From IMG/VR virus record IMGVR_UViG_3300044951_001136: a stretch of 64,000 bases of DNA, one strand, 5' to 3'. A model generated the notes under the pieces. The model had not been told where the DNA came from. It searched no databases and was given only the letters and a program-made list of their open reading frames with translations. Shown here in pieces: positions 60,829 through 64,000 of this stretch; within the stretch, counting starts at the first letter, position 1; each line of letters starts with the position of its first letter. The position numbers were made by a program, and so were the translations under genes. Origin of the DNA: a virus (lineage: Duplodnaviria > Heunggongvirae > Uroviricota > Caudoviricetes).

Positions 60829-60972
60829 ATGAACGACAAAAAAATTGAACTATCTTTAAACTTGATCAACGGCATCTTGCAGTATCTGGCCACACGCCCC
60901 TACCAAGACGTTGTTGTATTGATTCAGGGGATCCAAGAGCAAGCCAAGGACGCATCTGTACCCGCGGAGTAA
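60829..60972 (+). CDS. small fibre-associated protein (47 aa, below ORF-track cutoff)
   Basis: MNDKKIELSLNLINGILQYLATRPYQDVVVLIQGIQEQAKDASVPAE*; late box 60746-60753; in-frame ATG also at 60817. Confidence 0.65.
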   Translation: MNDKKIELSLNLINGILQYLATRPYQDVVVLIQGIQEQAKDASVPAE

Positions 60973-61101
60973 AAAATTACCTGAAATCAAAAACCGTGGG
61001 GTTTTCGGCCTTCTAGCAGAGGGCAGCACCCCACAGTCTTGTGTAGTCGGTTACGGCGACATAAGCAGATTCTGGTAGGCATACGCATATTAGGAAAAAA
61101 A

Positions 61102-61722
61102 ATGGTAACTTTAGATTTATTAACGCAGATATGTCCGCACACAAAATCAAGTATTCTTGAGGGATATATTGAACCACTTAACACCGTGGCTGAATACTAT
61201 GAAATGAATGTGAATCCAGCAAGATTGGCTGGCTTTCTAGCACAAACTGCACACGAATCCGGTGGTTATAACTTCATTAAAGAAAATCTAAATTATAGTT
61301 CTAATGGACTACGCAGTACATTTGGTAAATATTTTACCAATGATGACATGGCAAATCAATATGCAAAAAAGCCAGAAAAGATTGCTAATCGTGTTTATGC
61401 TAACCGAATGAAAAACGGGGATGAATCAAGCGGTGATGGATATAAATTCCGCGGGCGTGGACTTATTCAATTAACTGGTCGTGATAATTATACTAAATTT
61501 GCCAACGATTTGGGTATGAGTTTAGAAGATACTGTTGCTTACTTAGAGACACCAAACGGTGCAGTAGCAAGTGCAGGATGGTTCTGGGAAAATAACAAAT
61601 TAAATCAATATTGTGATAGTGGAGATTTTGTTACATTAACTAAACGTATCAACGGTGGTACTATTGGGTTAGCAGATAGAAAACATCACTTTGAATTAGC
61701 GATGCATTACTTAACAGCATAA
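61102..61722 (+). CDS. glycoside hydrolase family 19 endolysin
   Basis: FLAQTAHESG, ENLNYS, GDGYKFRGRGLIQLTGRDNY, TKRINGG; start moved to ATG 61102 after AGGA. Confidence 0.92.
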   Translation: MVTLDLLTQICPHTKSSILEGYIEPLNTVAEYYEMNVNPARLAGFLAQTAHESGGYNFIKENLNYSSNGLRSTFGKYFTNDDMANQYAKKPEKIANRVYANRMKNGDESSGDGYKFRGRGLIQLTGRDNYTKFANDLGMSLEDTVAYLETPNGAVASAGWFWENNKLNQYCDSGDFVTLTKRINGGTIGLADRKHHFELAMHYLTA

Positions 61723-61723
61723 T

Positions 61724-64000
61724 ATGTCACAGCCTATTTGGAATACCCCTGCTGGCTCTATAGGAAGTTATCCATATGGATATGCAACTTCATATGTATT
61801 ATTGGCAACACCAGTTGCCCCCGCTACTAGTGTAAGCTATCAAGTTTTAGCAGGATCATTACCTAACGCAATAGTACTAAACACTAATACCGGTGTATTA
61901 TCCGGGATTCCTGCAATAGTAACATCTGACACACTAACTATATTCACTGTAAGAGCAACAGATAATTTAAATAATATCCGTGATAGAACATTTAGTATGT
62001 TGATTACTGGTGCTGTTACACCACAGATTACTACACCAAGTGGGGTAATATTAACTACCCAAGATAGTGTTTGGACACAGATACAAATAGAATATTCTAA
62101 TCCTGTTCCAAACAATATAGTATTAATAGAGTTACAACAGGGGCTATTGCCTCCGGGTCTTGAAATTTCTACATCAGGGTTGATACAGGGCTATCCACAA
62201 CCACCAACAACAATAGTTACATTACCCTTAGTAACCGCATTTAGTTTAAATACATCATCTACATCGTTGATTTATTGTTTATCAATTATAGGTATAACTA
62301 TTGGAAGACCGGTGACATTTACCGATCCTATAGGTGGAATAATCGCAGGACAAACATATTATATAAAAACTATTGATACGACTAACACTGCATTTACTAT
62401 ATCTACCACCCAAAATGGAAGTACTTTTGTATTGAGTGAAGATGCAGGAGGGATGAATATTACATTACCTGCAATTTCTACCGGTCAACCTATAATTAGA
62501 ACTTACAATTTTGTATTGGCACTAGTAAGTGCTTTGGGTAACGCAACTGCTTCTTATTCAATTACAGTTTTAAATCAAAACACCCCTGTAAGTCAAGGTG
62601 GTCCTGGAAACCCACCTAACACAAGACAGCCCACTTTATTAAATACTAGACCATTGACAATTACAGTAAATGATAGTGATCCGTATTATGGTTATTATTT
62701 ATTGCCACCGATAGCAACTTCAACGAATGCTCAATTAGGTACATTTTTAAGTGATAACTACTTTGCTTTCAAATTAATTGGATATGAGTTTGATGGCAAC
62801 GATATTAATTATTATGTTTCTGGATTGCCGCAGGGAATAGCACATGATTCTACCACAGGTTGGATAACAGGAACTCCTATTTTGTCATCACCGGGTATTA
62901 ATAACTATAGTTTTACTGCACAAGTAGTAAGAGCAGGTAATACTGGAATAGTGTCTCCGGTGTTTAATTTTGCATTCAATCTAAGTTTGGATATCACTGG
63001 TACAATATCTTGGGTCACACTACAAGATTTAGGTACAATATATAACGACACTCTTAGCATATTAAAAGTCCTTGCAGTTTCGGACACCCCATTAGAGTAT
63101 AGATTAACTTCAGGTAGTTTACCTCCGAATTTAACATTATTACCCAGCGGTGAAATAACAGGTATTGTAGCTAGTCAACCAACAAATACTTTTTTAAATG
63201 TTGGTGAACAAACTGCTTTTACATTTACAATTCAAGCATACTCGTCAAACTTTGCTATTGTAGAATCTAGCAAAACATTTACCGTAAATGTATATCAAGA
63301 ATATGGGCAACCTACTGATATATTATATATTCAAGCGGCCCCTAGCATTAACGATAGAAATATACTACGAACATTGTTAGACAGTGAAGCACTAATACCT
63401 ACTGAATTATTATACAGATCAGATGATGTTAATTTTGGAAAAGCAACCAATGTCATATACGACCATGCATATGGTATATATGCAAGTGGTCTACAAGAAT
63501 ATATAGCATCAGTCACACAAAATCATTACTGGAGAAATATCACTTTAGGTGAGCTAAAAACTGCTATTGCAAGAGATAACAATAATAATATAATTTATGA
63601 AGTAGTATACAGTGAAGTAATTGATAATTTGATAAATCCCCAAGGGGTTAGTGTTCCTAGTAGTATATATTGGCCAACTCCAATTGATTTACATTTGGGA
63701 CCTTGGTACACAAGTGTAACCGATATATTCACTAGCTATGTTGAATTGTTAAATCAACAATACTTTACTAGTTTGACTTCCGGATATGCTAGAACGCTAT
63801 ACCCTAACAGTTTATTTAACATGCGTAATAGAGTAGCTGATATCCTGGGACAAGTATTAAACAGCACACTATTGCCAGTATGGATGACTAGTCAACAAAC
63901 AAATGGTAGTACTTTGGGCTATACTCAAGCATGGGTAATATGCTATACAAAACCAGGCCAAGCTGAAACTATTAAAACGAATATAGAAACTAACTGGCCA
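61724..64000 (+). CDS. putative-Ig (He_PIG-like) repeat virion/baseplate protein, 3' truncated by window
   Basis: MSQPIWNTPAGSIG...; repeated GxLPxGL...SGxIxGxP...FTV.A.D motifs; frame appears open to the window end (hence absent from the track). Confidence 0.75.
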   Translation, partial: MSQPIWNTPAGSIGSYPYGYATSYVLLATPVAPATSVSYQVLAGSLPNAIVLNTNTGVLSGIPAIVTSDTLTIFTVRATDNLNNIRDRTFSMLITGAVTPQITTPSGVILTTQDSVWTQIQIEYSNPVPNNIVLIELQQGLLPPGLEISTSGLIQGYPQPPTTIVTLPLVTAFSLNTSSTSLIYCLSIIGITIGRPVTFTDPIGGIIAGQTYYIKTIDTTNTAFTISTTQNGSTFVLSEDAGGMNITLPAISTGQPIIRTYNFVLALVSALGNATASYSITVLNQNTPVSQGGPGNPPNTRQPTLLNTRPLTITVNDSDPYYGYYLLPPIATSTNAQLGTFLSDNYFAFKLIGYEFDGNDINYYVSGLPQGIAHDSTTGWITGTPILSSPGINNYSFTAQVVRAGNTGIVSPVFNFAFNLSLDITGTISWVTLQDLGTIYNDTLSILKVLAVSDTPLEYRLTSGSLPPNLTLLPSGEITGIVASQPTNTFLNVGEQTAFTFTIQAYSSNFAIVESSKTFTVNVYQEYGQPTDILYIQAAPSINDRNILRTLLDSEALIPTELLYRSDDVNFGKATNVIYDHAYGIYASGLQEYIASVTQNHYWRNITLGELKTAIARDNNNNIIYEVVYSEVIDNLINPQGVSVPSSIYWPTPIDLHLGPWYTSVTDIFTSYVELLNQQYFTSLTSGYARTLYPNSLFNMRNRVADILGQVLNSTLLPVWMTSQQTNGSTLGYTQAWVICYTKPGQAETIKTNIETNWP

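Overview
This window is part of a large AT-rich, T4-related (myovirus/jumbo-like) bacteriophage genome, read in the standard code with dense, mostly + strand genes. It holds packaging genes (large terminase, probable small terminase, gp4-like head-completion nuclease) and a recombination/replication block (gp32 SSB, UvsX, UvsY, UvsW, gp62-like subunit, DexA-like exonuclease, primase, DnaB helicase). It also holds neck/tail genes (gp13, gp14, gp15, sheath, tube), three mosaic fibre genes, a GH19 endolysin, accessory enzymes (RNA ligase, IscA, NUDIX, MazG, dNMP kinase) and two GIY-YIG homing endonucleases. Two promoter classes are readable: nine near-consensus sigma70 early promoters (TTGACA-17-TATAAT) in two cassette-like clusters, and about 20 T4-type late promoters (nnTAAATA). 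Most worth follow-up: (1) acidic head-type proteins with small in-frame cassettes bounded by short direct repeats at protease-like xxE sites; (2) an array of about 11 diverged small paralogues ending in LRW, whose terminal codons double as the next gene's Shine-Dalgarno; (3) a 191-aa minimal DnaE core beside exonuclease, primase and helicase; (4) a roughly 420-nt structured non-coding region; (5) a homing endonuclease followed by two displaced copies of its neighbour's 3' end; (6) fibre genes shuffled at DNA-level repeat joints. No tRNA, rRNA, CRISPR array or reverse transcriptase was recognised. All family assignments come from motif recognition by eye, not database searches. Several start codons were moved from the ORF track using RBS, promoter or overlap evidence.
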